NCBI GenBank assembly: GCA_002269645.1
Contig: NIVC01001424.1
Location: 124,001-188,000 of the forward strand
Direction of reading: 5' to 3'
DNA: 64,000 nucleotides
Source of the DNA: Macrostomum lignano
Taxonomy: Eukaryota
Positions 1-12,023 of this stretch are shown here, piece by piece (position 1 is the stretch's first letter; every line of letters starts with the position of its first letter). The notes beneath the pieces are model-generated. The model saw only the letters and a list, made by a program, of their open reading frames with translations, was not told the origin of the DNA and did no database searches. Made by a program: the position numbers and the translations under genes.

Positions 1-190
1 AGATATGGGATCATAGAAGGAGATATGGGATCATAGAAGGAGATATGGGATCATAGAAGGAGTATATGGGATCATAGAAGGAGCATATGGGATCATAGAA
101 GGAGATATGGGATCATAGAAGGAGTATATGGGATCATAGGAGTATATGGGATCATAGGAGTATATGGGATCATAGGAGATATGGGATCAG
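1..190. repeat. ~20-bp minisatellite (AGATATGGGATCATAGAAGG) in UBE3C intron
   Basis: Tandem copies visible directly. Confidence 0.95.
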
Positions 191-238
191 AGCCTTAGCT
201 AGAGTCTCTCAAATCGATGGAATTATTGGAATGCTCAC

Positions 239-767
239 CTCCAGGCCCAGCTCGTTGCGAAACGACACCTTAAGCCTGGGATAGAGATTCTCCTCCCCAT
301 ACAGTTGGCTGAAGGCGTCCTCATAGATTTTGTCTCGCCTAGCGGTGACCCTGATACCGGAGGCGCCAAACTCGTGCCTATCATAATCAATAGAAGCTTT
401 GTAGGCGTGCAGCAGTGAATAGAATAGGCGAACTCGGTCCCAGAAGTTGATGAGGTAGGGCGCCTCGGTGAGAATGGCCAGCTGTAGCCGCTCAGTAGAG
501 GACAGGTAAGGAATGCTGATTGAGTCATTCAGCACAGAATAGTAGCCAAAACTGTTGGAAGCCTCGCGCTCCAACCAGTAGGCCGGCTGCAGCGACTTGA
601 TGGGCGGAATGCGGCCCTGCACAGACCAGTGCGAGGAGGTGCCCGAAGATTCCAGGCTTGCGTTTGACGAGGCCGGAGTGAACTTGCGCAGCTGGTCCAG
701 GCTGTACAGGCGGCTCACCAGGAGCTTCACGCTGGAGAACAAGCTGGAGTAAAGCTGGAGTAGCTCC
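239..767 (-). CDS. UBE3C: UBE3C-like exon 8, entering the HECT domain; gene continues beyond the left edge
   Basis: Acceptor accctcag, 529 nt, donor GTGAGC. EAPYLINFWDRVRLF...VTARRDKIYEDAFSQL...LKVSFRNELGLE is the pre-HECT/HECT-start signature (normally followed by AGIDGGG). Confidence 0.92.
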
Positions 768-779
768 CTGAGGGTGTGA

Positions 780-1745
780 GAATCCGATTGGGATATTGTC
801 AGACTGGGGATTTGAGCCCAATCGGGATATTGTCAGACTGGGGATTTGGGTCCGATTGGGATATTGTCAGACTGGGGATTTGAGTCCGATTGGGATATTG
901 TCAGACTGGGGATTTGAAATTGATTGGGATATTGTCAGACTGGGGATTTGAGCCCGATTGGGATATTGTCAGACTGGGGATTTGAGTCCGATTGGGATAT
1001 TGTCAGACTGGGGATTTGGGTCCGATTGGGATATTGTCAGACTGGGGATTTGAGCCCGATTGGGATATTGTCAGACTGGGGATTTGAAACCGATTGGGAT
1101 ATTGTCAGACTGGGGATTTGAGCCCGATTGGGATATTGTCAGACTGGGGATTTGAAACCGATTGGGATATTGTCAGACTGGGGATTTAAGTCCAATTGGG
1201 ATATTGTCAGACTAGGGATTTGAAACCCATTGGGATATTGTCAGACTGGGGATTTAAGTCCGATTGGGATATTGTCAGACTAGGGATTTGAAACCGATTG
1301 GGATATTGTCAGACTAGGGATTTGAAACCGATTGGGATATTGTCAGACTAGAGATCTGAAACCGATTGGGATATTGTCAGACTAGGGATTTGAAACCGAT
1401 TGGAATATTATCAGACTGGGGATTTCAACCCGATTGGGATATTGTCAGACTAGGGATTTGAAACCGATTGGGATATTGTCAGACTAGGGATTTGACCCTG
1501 ATTGGGATATTGTCAGAATGGGGATTTGAACCTGATTGGGATATTGTCAGACTGGGGATTTGACCCTGATTGAGATATTGTCAGACTGGGGATTTGACAC
1601 TGATTGAGATATTGTCAGACTGGGGATTTCAACCCGATTGGGATATTGTCAGACTGGGGATCTAAACCAGACAGGGGATTCCAACCTGATTGGGATATTG
1701 TCAGACTGGGGATTTCAACCTGATTGGGATATTATCAGATTGGGG
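780..1745. repeat. 34-bp minisatellite filling a UBE3C intron
   Basis: Unit CCGATTGGGATATTGTCAGACTGGGGATTTGAGC, period 34 (784 to 818). Confidence 0.97.
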
Positions 1746-1752
1746 GCCGCAC

Positions 1753-2151
1753 CTGGAGCCGCTGCCAGCTCCGCTATTGTCAGCACCAGCAGCAGCTTCG
1801 GATCCCACAGCGCCGCCTAGAGACCGCAGAGCTCGCACATAGTCAGCATTGAGCAGGTCGGGCCTCGTGTCAGGATGTGACAGCAGCAGCAGGCCCAGCA
1901 GAAGGTCGCGCAGGTCGCCAGACAGGCCCAGCAGGCACTGGCGAGTCAGCGGCTCCGGCGAGAAAAGTCTGGCGAAGGCGGCCAGCAGCGGCTGCAGGGC
2001 GGCCATGGCAGGCAGTTCGGGCTGTACAGTCCGAGAGATCAGCTGCACCAACGGCTGCGGGTGCTGGCCGTGACGGAACTGCGAGATCGCCTGCCAGAAG
2101 CTGCGCAGGAATGCTGAGCGGGCCGGACCGACGGGCGTCAGGGAGTACAGG
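1753..2151 (-). CDS. UBE3C: UBE3C-like exon 7
   Basis: In-phase acceptor cctcag (exon start 2151; an alternative in-frame AG gives 2157), 399 nt, donor GTGCGG. Frame of ORF 1701..2051. Confidence 0.8.
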
Positions 2152-2194
2152 CTGAGGCTGGGGGCCTGCGGGGTGGGGGGGGCTGCATCTCAGG

Positions 2195-3098
2195 CACTGA
2201 CCAACCCTGCATCTCATAAACAGACCAACCCTGCATCTCATAAACAGACCAACCCTGCATCTCATAAACAGACCAACCCTGCATCCCATAAACAGACCAA
2301 CCCTGCATCTCATAAACAGACATACCCTGCATCTCAAAAAAAGACCAACCCTGCATCTCATAAACAGACCAACCTGTATCTCATAAACAGACCAACCCTG
2401 CATCTCATAAACAGACCAACCCTGCATCTCATAAACAGACCAACCCTGCATCTCATAAACAGACCAACCCTGCATTTCATAAACAGACCAACACTGCATC
2501 TCATAAACAGACCAACCCTGCATCTCATAAACAGACCAACCCTGCATCTCATAAACAGACCAACCCTGCATCTCATAAACAGACCAACCCTGCATTTCAT
2601 AAACAGACCAACACTGCATCTCATAAACAGACCAACCCTGCATCTCATAAACAGACCAACCCTGCATCTCATAAACAGACCAACCCTGCATCTCATAAAC
2701 AGACCAACCCTGCATCTCATAAACAGACCAACCCTGCATCTCATAAACAGACCAACCCTGCATCTCATAAACAGACCAACCCTGCATCCCATAAACAGAC
2801 CAACCCTGCATCTCATAAACAGACCAACCCTGCATCTCATAAACAGACCAACCCTGCATCTCATAAACAGACCAACCCTGCATTTCATAAACAGACCAAC
2901 ACTGCATCTCATAAACAGACCAACCCTGCATCTCATAAACAGACCAACCCTGCATCTCATAAACAGACCAACCCTGCATCTCATAAACAGACCAACCCTG
3001 CATCTCATAAACAGACCAACCCTGCATCTCATAAACAGACCAACCCTGCATCTCATAAACAGACCAACCCTGCATCCCATAAACAGACCAACCCTGTA
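2195..3098. repeat. 24-bp minisatellite filling a UBE3C intron
   Basis: Unit GACCAACCCTGCATCTCATAAACA; gives the 8-aa periodic spurious ORFs. Confidence 0.97.
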
Positions 3099-3130
3099 TG
3101 GTACTAAATTTCCTAAACCTGCGCTTTTAC

Positions 3131-3640
3131 CGCACTAAAATCTCAAACAAGACCCAGCGATAGCAATAGCCTTGAGAACGCACCATCTCGATGACGCTGC
3201 TCAGGTGCACAAACACTTGGCTGTCGGGACCATCGGCTACGGCAGTTCGGGCCACCTCGGCGAACCAGTCGCTCGACAAGCCGGCTGCGACGTCCTCGGC
3301 GAGGTCGGCTGGCAGCTCTCGAAGGCAGGGGCGGCTCAGGTGCAACAGCTGGAGCATCAGCCTGGCACTCGCAGCAGGTGACATCGTGGCGCTGTGCAGA
3401 AGAATCTCGCGGCCCTGACAAGCCAGGAGGTGCAGCAGGCCTGGACCGGACTGTCCGTTGCCGGTAGCTGGCGACGTGACGTCGATTGCGGCAGCCAGCA
3501 GAGCTGAGCCCAGCCGAGGCTGCGAGGCGGCGGCGCTGGCCAGCAGGGGGCCGACCAGCTGGCAGGCGACTAACGGCGAGGCCGGCGAAGGCAGTTGCGA
3601 GACGGCGAAGAAGCTGCCGCCGATGCAGCGGCGGTGGCCT
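3131..3640 (-). CDS. UBE3C: UBE3C-like exon 6
   Basis: Acceptor tacccag, 510 nt (phase 2/2), donor GTAAAA. Open in the frame of ORF 3127..3384. Confidence 0.85.
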
Positions 3641-3699
3641 CTGGGTAATCGGGATGGAGAGGCTGCTTGAGGCTGGCTTCAGTTATGTTATCTCAAGAT

Positions 3700-4500
3700 T
3701 CGAGTTGTGGGATCTCAAGAATCGAGTTGTGGGATCTCAAGAATCGAGTTGTGGGATATCAGGCAAGGATCGAGTTGTAGGATCTCAAAAATCGAGTTGT
3801 GGGATCTCAAGAATCGAGTTGTGGGATCTCAAGAATCGAGTTGTGGGATCTCAAGAATCGAGTTGTGAGATATCAGGCAAGGATCGAGTTGTAGGATCTC
3901 AAAAATCGAGTTGTGGGATCTCATGGATCGATTTGTGGGATCTCAAGAATCGAGTTGTGGGATCTCAAGAATCGAGTTGTGGGATCTCAAGAATCGAGTT
4001 GTGGGATCTCAAGAATCGAGTTGTGGGATCTCAAGAATCGAGTTGTGGGATCTCAAGAATCTAGTTGTGGGATCTCAAGAATCGAGTTGTGGGATCTCAA
4101 GAATCAAGTTGTGGGATCTCAAGAATCGAGTTGTGGGATCTCAAGAATCTAGTTGTGGGATCTCAAGAATCGAGTTGTGGGATCTCATGGATCGAGTTGT
4201 GGGATCTCAAGAATCGAGTTGTGGGATCTCAAGAATCGAGTTGTGGGGTCTCAAAAAGCGAGTTGTGGGATCTCAAGAATCGAGTTGTGGGATCTCATGG
4301 ATCGAGTTGTGGGATCTCAAGAATCGAGTTGTGGGATCTCATGGATCGAGTTGTGGGATCTCATGGATCGAGTTGTGGGGTCTCATGGATCGAGTTGTGG
4401 GATCTCAAGGATCAAGTTGTGGGATCTCAAGGATCAAGTTGTGGGGTCTCAAAAAGCGAGTTGTGGGATCTCAAGTATCAAGTTGGGATCTTAAGCATCG
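3700..4500. repeat. 22-bp minisatellite filling a UBE3C intron
   Basis: Unit GAGTTGTGGGATCTCAAGAATC. Confidence 0.97.
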
Positions 4501-4528
4501 AGTTAAGAGTTTAGCTAGAGTATGTTAC

Positions 4529-4756
4529 CGATATGAGCAGGCAGTGGGGCAGCACAGAGTCTGTCTGAGCAGGTGCCCGGTCAGCGTTCTGCACTCCTGC
4601 TCAGGGCCATCACTGCCGGACTCGTTGGCCAAGCTGGAGGTCAGCGGCAGCAGCAGCAGGCTGCACAGAGACCGAGTCAGTGGCTGCGAAAGCGCGTCCG
4701 AGAGGTCTGAGCGACCCGCTAGACCGCACCTGCGGGTGGGAGCGGTCAAGATGCTG
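4529..4756 (-). CDS. UBE3C: UBE3C-like exon 5
   Basis: Acceptor cttacag, 228 nt (phase 2/2), donor GTAACA. Open frame SILTAPTRRC...CSY. Confidence 0.85.
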
Positions 4757-4762
4757 CTGTAA

Positions 4763-5135
4763 GTGTGTCTGTCTGTCTGTCTGTCTTACGAGATGTCTTG
4801 TGTCTTAGTAGTGTCTTGGTGGCTGTCTGTCTGTTTGTCTTGGTGTCTGTCTGTGTGTTGGTCTTGTTGTCTGTCTGTCTGTCTTGGTGTCTTTCTGTCT
4901 GTCTGTTTGTCTGTCTGTTTGTCTTGGTGTCTGTTTGTCTGTCTGTTTGTTTTGGTGTCTGTTTGTCTTGGTGTCTGTCTGTCTGTTTGTCTGTCTGTTT
5001 GTCTTGGTGTCTGTTTGTCTGTCTGTTTGTCTTGGTGTCTGTTTGTCTGTCTGTTTGTCTTGGTGTCTGTCTGTCTGTCTGTTTGTCTTGGTGTCTGTCT
5101 GTCTGTCTGTTTGTCTTGGTGTCTTGGTGTCTTGG

Positions 5136-5166
<31 letters not shown>
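4763..5166. repeat. (GTCT)n/(GTTT)/(GTCTTG) compound microsatellite filling a UBE3C intron
   Basis: Visible directly. Confidence 0.95.
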
Positions 5167-5167
<1 letters not shown>

Positions 5168-5169
5168 AC

Positions 5170-5477
5170 CTGGTCACAATGAAGGCCAGCAGGTGCCTGA
5201 AGTAGCCTTTGCTAGCCAGGTACTGCCGCAGCGCCGGGGAGACACCCCCGCCGCCCTGCAGCGCCAGCTCGAGCACCCGCAGAGGCCCGGCGTACATTCG
5301 GCTGTCTGCGTGCTGGTCCAGCCGAGACAGGTGCGCCAGCGAGTTGCCAAGGAATTTGCCCAGGGCGAATGAGTCCAAATCGAGGCCGACTGATGAGGAA
5401 GCGGAAGATGGAGGACGCTGGGCAGCAAAAGAGCTGATGGCCCGGTGGTGCTTCACGTATAGGGAGCAGAGGTGCAC
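5170..5477 (-). CDS. UBE3C: UBE3C-like exon 4
   Basis: Acceptor tatttcag, 308 nt (phase 0 to 2), donor GTGACA. Open frame [11 protein letters not shown]...LLAFIVT; GC-rich codon usage. Confidence 0.85.
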
Positions 5478-5519
5478 CTGAAATACAGGTTGGGGGTTGG
5501 CGGGATTTAGTAGGTGTGA

Positions 5520-5635
5520 CCGCGTGGGAAAGCGGTGATCACACAGTATACCACAGTGAGAACCCTGTGATCACACAGGTGACACCGCAGTGAGAAACCG
5601 GTGATCACAGGTGACACCGCAGTGAGAAACAGGAC
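5520..5635. repeat. ~32-bp tandem repeat, about 3 copies, in UBE3C intron
   Basis: GTGACACCGCAGTGAGAAACCGGTGATCACAG-like units. Confidence 0.8.
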
Positions 5636-5659
5636 ACAAGCAGAAATCAAGATACTCAC

Positions 5660-5890
5660 AATCCTGTCGCCATCCAGATGAGGCAAATAAAAATTATTCA
5701 GGCACTTGGCCAGCAGCAGAAAGTTGTCCCTGACTCCGGCATCGCCGCTGCTGTTGTCCAGAACGCTGGCAGCGGCCGCGGCCAGTTCGTCAAATCGCTG
5801 TCGAGTGAGATTTTGAGTGAGTCGGCGGCTCTGGCTGCCACGGTAGAAAGCCTGGATTCTGGTGGCTGCTTCCTCCTCTTGGCGGCGGTG
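5660..5890 (-). CDS. UBE3C: UBE3C-like exon 3 with IQ motif (AATRIQAFYRG)
   Basis: Acceptor ttgcag, 231 nt, donor GTGAGT. IQxxxRG motif as at the UBE3B/C N-terminus. Confidence 0.9.
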
Positions 5891-5919
5891 CTGCAATCCG
5901 AAATTCCCCCCAATATGAT

Positions 5920-6200
5920 ATAGTATGGAGTGCTCAAGGACCACTACAAGCTGCTCTAGTATGGAGTGCTCAAGGACCACTACAAGCTGCTCTAGTATGG
6001 AGTGCTCAAGGACACCCTAAAAAGTGCTCTAGTATGGAGTGCTCAAGGACAACTAAAAAGTGCTCTAGTATGGAGTGCTCAAGGACCACTACAAGCTGCT
6101 CTAGTATGGAGTGCTCAAGGACCACTACAAATTGCTCTAGTATGGTGCTCAAGGACCACTACAAATTGCTCTAGTGCGGGACGCTCAAAGACCACTAAAA
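5920..6200. repeat. 36-bp minisatellite in UBE3C intron
   Basis: Unit AGTATGGAGTGCTCAAGGACCACTACAAGCTGCTCT. Confidence 0.92.
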
Positions 6201-6288
6201 TTTGTTTTTAGTTAGTTTATTTAGTTCCATTTAATGAATAAGTTAGTCGTTACCGATATGTATCGAAAATCAACTCATCAAACCTCAC

Positions 6289-6342
6289 CTCTCTAAGCAG
6301 CCGTTGTTTCCGACTCTTCTCCAGCAAGTCGTTCTTTGTGTC
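6289..6342 (-). CDS. UBE3C: UBE3C-like exon 2 (DTKNDLLEKSRKQRLLRE)
   Basis: Acceptor ...aatcaacag, 54 nt, donor GTGAGG, phase 0/0. Resembles the 'LL...ER..RE' helix preceding the IQ motif. Confidence 0.85.
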
Positions 6343-7719
6343 CTGTTGATTTAAGCAATATTAAATTAGAATTTTAAATAACACAAGAAAAAGATTATTT
6401 TACAAAAAATCAATCATAAAATATCCTAGCTTATGCATCTAAAGAATTCTTACATCGTCATAGGCGGGTAGACCTTTAAAATCGGTAACGTAACCTCCGT
6501 ACATAACGTTATCTTACACTAGGTATGACTTAGGCCAAGGACAGCAATGTGAGAATGAAATTTATTTTAAGCTTTAAGCAACAGAAGTTCTGTTCTGATT
6601 TTCTGCTAGAATATTTAAAGCAGCACATTGAGGGATTAGGGTAGGGTAGGGTAACGCACACAGCTACAATTGCGCACAAACTTACTCAGTCAGTCACCAA
6701 AATCAAGAGAAGGAAGTCAGCCTATATGCAGTGTCTCCTGCACTGCAGGATTTGCATACTATGTGCCGGCGTGTGTAAATAACAGAAAAATACAAGCCTT
6801 TGCTCAGGGACGAAAAGGTGAGCCGTGTTCTCAGACAGGACAGAGGGAGCACCACGTTGGGGGAAATAAATTTTCTGACTGTCCAAAACAAATTTCAAGC
6901 CGAAAAAAACTATGCCAAGTGCCTCCTCCTCCTCTACTCTCAGGAAAAAGATTAGCAAACTTGTCGTCAAAGTAAAAGCTTTGCAGGTTTGCAGACTGAT
7001 TGCTGAATTCATTGCGGCAACAGCTGCGAAAAAGAACCGATTTATTGTTTGCTAGACGATTTTTTTATATAAAAAAACAATAAATCTACGAGTGTTAAGA
7101 CACGTCCGTGCCATGCTACTGTCATTAGTAGAGACAAGATTTCATCTACCCTATGATATCATCCACTAAAAAAAGACCCACTATAAGTGTGATTATATGC
7201 AGTTCTTTTACTTTTTTAGCCAATGCTGTTGATGTCATATCTTGTTTTTTTATATTAGACGCAAGGGGCTGCGTGCAACCTTGGCGCACTTTAAGCGACA
7301 TTGTTGCACAACTGGAAAGAGGCCTTACTGCTCATTCCACTGACTCCCCTGAGCAGGCACGCATCAGATTGCAGGGAGGTTACAAAGTTATTTCACTATT
7401 TAAGTTCATGCAAAACTTCTTAATAATGATTAACAAGAGACTTTTCTTAGTTGTTTTTAGCATAATATACTTTAATTACTGTATTAGACACATACTACTT
7501 TAACAAAGATATTCTATCAATCATCTATATGATTGATAGATGAGTGTATATGTAAATTCTATTATTCTAACAGCTTCCATTAAATGTAGTTAAAGTAGGT
7601 TAAGTCTAAATAAGCAGATTGAATTTTATTTTCCAATTAAATTTGCAAGGGTCCACCTCCTTTGGGTGCCTTTAAGAACTCTAGTAGCTTTCCTTTCTAA
7701 CAGGATAAACAACCTGCTG

Positions 7720-8330
7720 GCACTTCCCGACGATTGGGACAGTGAGTTATGGCATGCCACACAGAAAGTTGAGCTGCTTCATGCCATACTCGCGCAGGCC
7801 AAAACAGAAGTTTGACATATCTGCATAGGGCATGAGTACAGCCAATGTCCAGTGTCTAAACATGGATAAAACCACCAGTGAAATAGCAAAACAGGCCCAC
7901 AACACAAGGCCATTGGCACAGCAACACCTCAACTGCCAACTCAAGGCAAAGGTGGCCCAGGAGGCCAAACAGGCACCATCCATAAGCATGGCCACTTAGC
8001 CACCAATGGGGCATAAGGTTTAGCCATGCACCTCAAGAACCTTGCACATGGTGAGCACCCCTATTGAGCGGATCCACCAGTTGCAGGCTGTGGTGCCAAC
8101 ATTGGTGACGCAAATCCCAGATGAGATACAATTGGTGGAGACTACTACAATGGTGACACCGCAGCTCCCAGTCCTGACAGAGCATCAAAACCTGCCAGGT
8201 GCTGAATCTCTCCTGCATCAGCTGCTACCATACCCTGACAAGATAAGGACTAGCCAATGGATGCAGTAGCAACTAGGCCAGGCAGTAGGTTAGAGTACTA
8301 CTAGGCCATTTCTCTCAGAAGGAATCAACA
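7720..8330 (+). pseudogene. Decayed retroelement gag/ORF1-like relic with a broken zinc knuckle
   Basis: Plus-strand translation ...KTEV*HICIGHEYSQCP resembles a CCHC knuckle with a deletion. Many stops, CpG-poor. Family not identified. Confidence 0.3.
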
Positions 8331-10122
8331 ATAGAAGGCAAGGCAGTGCTATAGAAGCTAGCATTCATATTTTGACCTTTGGGCACTATAACAATAGCAA
8401 TAGGACCCAATATTCTAAAAAAGCACTAAGAATTCTTGGTCATAGCAGAGTTGGACCTTCTAGATCAAGGGTCGTTTCTGAGGCAGCTTCTACTAGTACT
8501 AGTAATGCTTAGTCACTTACAACCTGTGCTAAGTCACAATAGATTTTTGTCATGTTTTTTCCATGTTGAACTTGCATTAATATAAAAAACACATACTGTC
8601 TGAGCTGAACTTCTCCATTTCAAGTCAGAGGCTTAAAGTGAGGTTTGGTCATAAGTTATTTATAAAGAAGACAGAGCAAATATTGAGTTGAAATTTGATA
8701 TGCTAGCAAAAATCATGTCAATAAAATAACATTCAAATAATTAAGAAGCTATGTTGGCCATTTTACTATATTTACCAATAGTTTAAACAAATAATTCTCA
8801 TACTATCATAATTATGTCTATTTCTTAAGATTACTAACCATACATACCAAACTTCGAAATTTCACCTGGCTGTGCAACTTACTTTTTGACCAAAAATGTG
8901 ACTTACCTATGAAAAAAACCCTAAAGCAAAAGTTAACATAATTTTGGGTAAACGGTAGGAGTAACTATAACTATATTATTAGGGCTAATTCCTCGTCATC
9001 TAATAAGTACTACATCTGTATTTTTTGGGTTGTTGTTTTTGTGACTTACCTTGGCCAGACCCTTTGCCACCTGGCTGAATTGGCTGGGTTGGCCGGGTAT
9101 GTTACTAACCTAATGGTTTTAGCCTTAGAAGGTAAATATATAATTAATATTAGTAAATGGCCTTTTACCTTGATAAATAACAAAGTTTTAATTATATCTT
9201 ACGATTAGTTGATTTATTATATTACAATAAACTATAATATAAAGTTTTAACTAGGTTTTAAATAATTATTTAGTGTAATTGATTTGCATACTTTTATAGG
9301 TTTTTTTAGGACTTGTATCAATATTTAGTATTCTTACTTTATATTTAAAATGTAATATGTACATGTATACCTAATCATGATAGAGCCAGTTTTTTTAAAC
9401 ATTCAATAGTTATACATTAATAATTAAAGATTAATGCAAATTAGCTGCAGTATTGATATTCCAGCATTATATTTCAGCAGCTGAAACTAGAAAGTCTACT
9501 ATGCAATACAAGCAATGTAAGCAACTGACATTATTGATAAGAGCATCTATAGTCCCATGACTCCCATGTGCACAAATTCAACTGCCACAATCTTAGAACA
9601 TTTGGCCTCATTTAACTCAGTTACTTTGGCAATTGAAAAATGACCATAGGCAATTCTATCAAGTCTTTTAAGCTCAGGTGATAAAGTAACTGGAATAAGT
9701 GGCAATGATATCACTATTAAGTGTATTTGATTGATGCTAATTAAAAATACTACATTTTTCATATTCCAAGCTGACCTAATAGCTAGAGTTGATGGCTCAT
9801 GGCTACAGTGTACCTATCTTACCAAAATCAACTACCAAGGCATATTTCAAGGCTTACAATTCTGAAACATTGCTAAGTTTGTTGGTCAATAATACTCAAT
9901 ATCAATACCAAATTGTATCACTGATTGTGAGATGCTGACGCCTTGGCCAATGATGAACAAGTAGCAATTAACAACAGGGTATGGATGGTTAGGCCATGGC
10001 CTACTAGAACTGTTCTACCAACTATTTAAATAATGAAAATTAAATAAATACTTTGTATGCCAAACCAACAATTTATCTATTGTGTAATTATTAGTAATAA
10101 TTTTTGCATTATACATATTATG

Positions 10123-10908
10123 CAATGTTGGGCACAGGTCCAATACTCCGATACCCCATTAGTATTGCCGATACCATTTGAGTATCAGACCTTGTTACTT
10201 TTTTTCTCAGTATTGGACCTTGGTATTGCCAATACATTTTCTTAAGTCTGATAATCCAATACATTTAAATACAAAAAGATAGTTAAAAAATATGCTAATC
10301 ACATAATTTACTTATTATTTATTATATAAACACTTTTAAATTTCAATTTTGATCAATTTTATTCTACAACTACACATAAAAATATTAGACATTAGACTGA
10401 TGAGTCAATGACTTTGGCTATGACTAACTAGTTAGTTAAGTTAGTAACTACAACTAAAACTACTGCCTGAATTTATTTCTGAATTTTTTTCTTAAGTTGT
10501 AGGCCTTCTATTATAACTTATAAGACTTTAATACTTTATATTTATAAACTTTAAATTTACTTAGGGCATAGTGGTACTGGTAGTGACTAGTGAGTTTTTA
10601 ATTGTACTAGCAACTATCCTATCCTATCATTCAATTCAAACTATACTATACTATTCTAGGCTTAAGTTAAGGAATAAATTAAGGCTTAAATTAAGTAGCT
10701 AAGAGCTTTTTCTTCATTTTTGGCTTGATAGATGCAGAAAAGTGAGAAAATGCAAAAAATGATATATTGGACTAAGTATTAGAATAAAGTATTGCGCAAT
10801 ACTCAAATTTTGGTATTGGACCAACAAATATCGCCAATACCTTTTAGAGTATTGGTATCAGAGTATTGCTTTAAAATGATAATTTTTAAAGTATTGCGTC
10901 CAACACTG
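10123..10908. mobile_element. hAT-type MITE (~786 bp)
   Basis: Imperfect TIRs CAATGTTGGG / TCCAACACTG with AATACT/AGTATT subterminal repeats. Exact 8-bp TSD ATATTATG at 10115-10122 and 10909-10916. Confidence 0.85.
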
Positions 10909-11231
10909 ATATTATGCTTGTGTTTTAAATAGACCAATCATAATACAAGTGGTTCTATCAATGCTCATAATATGTTATATGCTCTGTTGTTCTGAAAAAA
11001 AAAATTCTAAAAATATTTTTATTACTTTTTATTAGTATAGAGAAGACGTAGTAGGGCTCTATGAATTAATGCATTTGTAATAGTGCTCGAATATTGTATG
11101 TTTTCTAGGAAACTAAACCTGCACAAAATACTGGATACTTTTTGCTTAAATGCACAAAATAAATTGTTATATTTGTATCAGGAAAATTTGGGTATATATA
11201 GGAGCAAAACCACTGTCAAATAAACTCAACT

Positions 11232-12023
11232 GGCTCATTCCATATAAGATAGACATATTTGGAAAATAGAAAAAAGTCAATATTTTTGCTTGCCATTGCC
11301 TAATTAGCCTATTTTTTTACCAAATGTTTATATTGTACAATATATACAATCTAAGAATAAAGGAATGGTAAAATGTTGGATTAGTATGTTATCAATTGGC
11401 AAAAAGTCATTTTTGTAAAAATTTGGACATTTTTCGAAGCAAAAGACATCATTAAGATTTTTTACCTTTTAAAAACAAATAGAAAACTTTTGAAGGTTGA
11501 AACAAACTATAGATAAAAGTATAGTACTTGCATCATCAGATAAAAGCATTGGTGACCAAATAATCTATTATATTTTTAATGTATTAGTACCTCAAAGTTA
11601 CTGAATTGACAGAAAAAAATATGTTACGACCATAATGTTACGACCATAAGGCTGCCTTTTCTTTTGTATCTTTGTTGCCTTTTGAGTTTATATATTCTAA
11701 TAAAAGAGTATGATTTCTAAAGATGTTCTTAGTCAAATTTTAAAAATGTATTGCAAAATATCAAAAATGAAAAATGTTATAAGACTTTTACCTTTTAGTT
11801 TCTATATGTCAAAAATCCTGTCGTTACAACCATAAGTGTCATTTAAGGTTTAATAGCATCTATACTAATGATGATATCTATATGAAACTCTATAAATATA
11901 TTCTAGACAAAATAATCTTTCATTTAAAATATTGGTTTTACTTTAGTATATTCTATTATTAGATTTCATTTTATAAGTAAAAATAACCTGTCATGTTACG
12001 ACCATGCTTATATGGAATGAGCC
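11232..12023. mobile_element. Non-autonomous DNA transposon (~790 bp), copy 1
   Basis: 17-bp TIRs GGCTCATTCCATATAAG / CTTATATGGAATGAGCC, 4-bp flanking repeat AACT. Near-identical inverted copy at 49573-50357. Confidence 0.9.

Noticed and set aside
1870-5372. Long ORFs such as 1870..3075, 2173..3138, 2358..3080, 3911..4762 and 4763..5182
   Set aside because: They are translations of stop-free intronic tandem repeats; the real exons are defined by splice sites and phase.
6670-7503. Short plus-strand ORFs or exon-like segments inside UBE3C intron 1
   Set aside because: No consistent spliced frame or recognisable domain.
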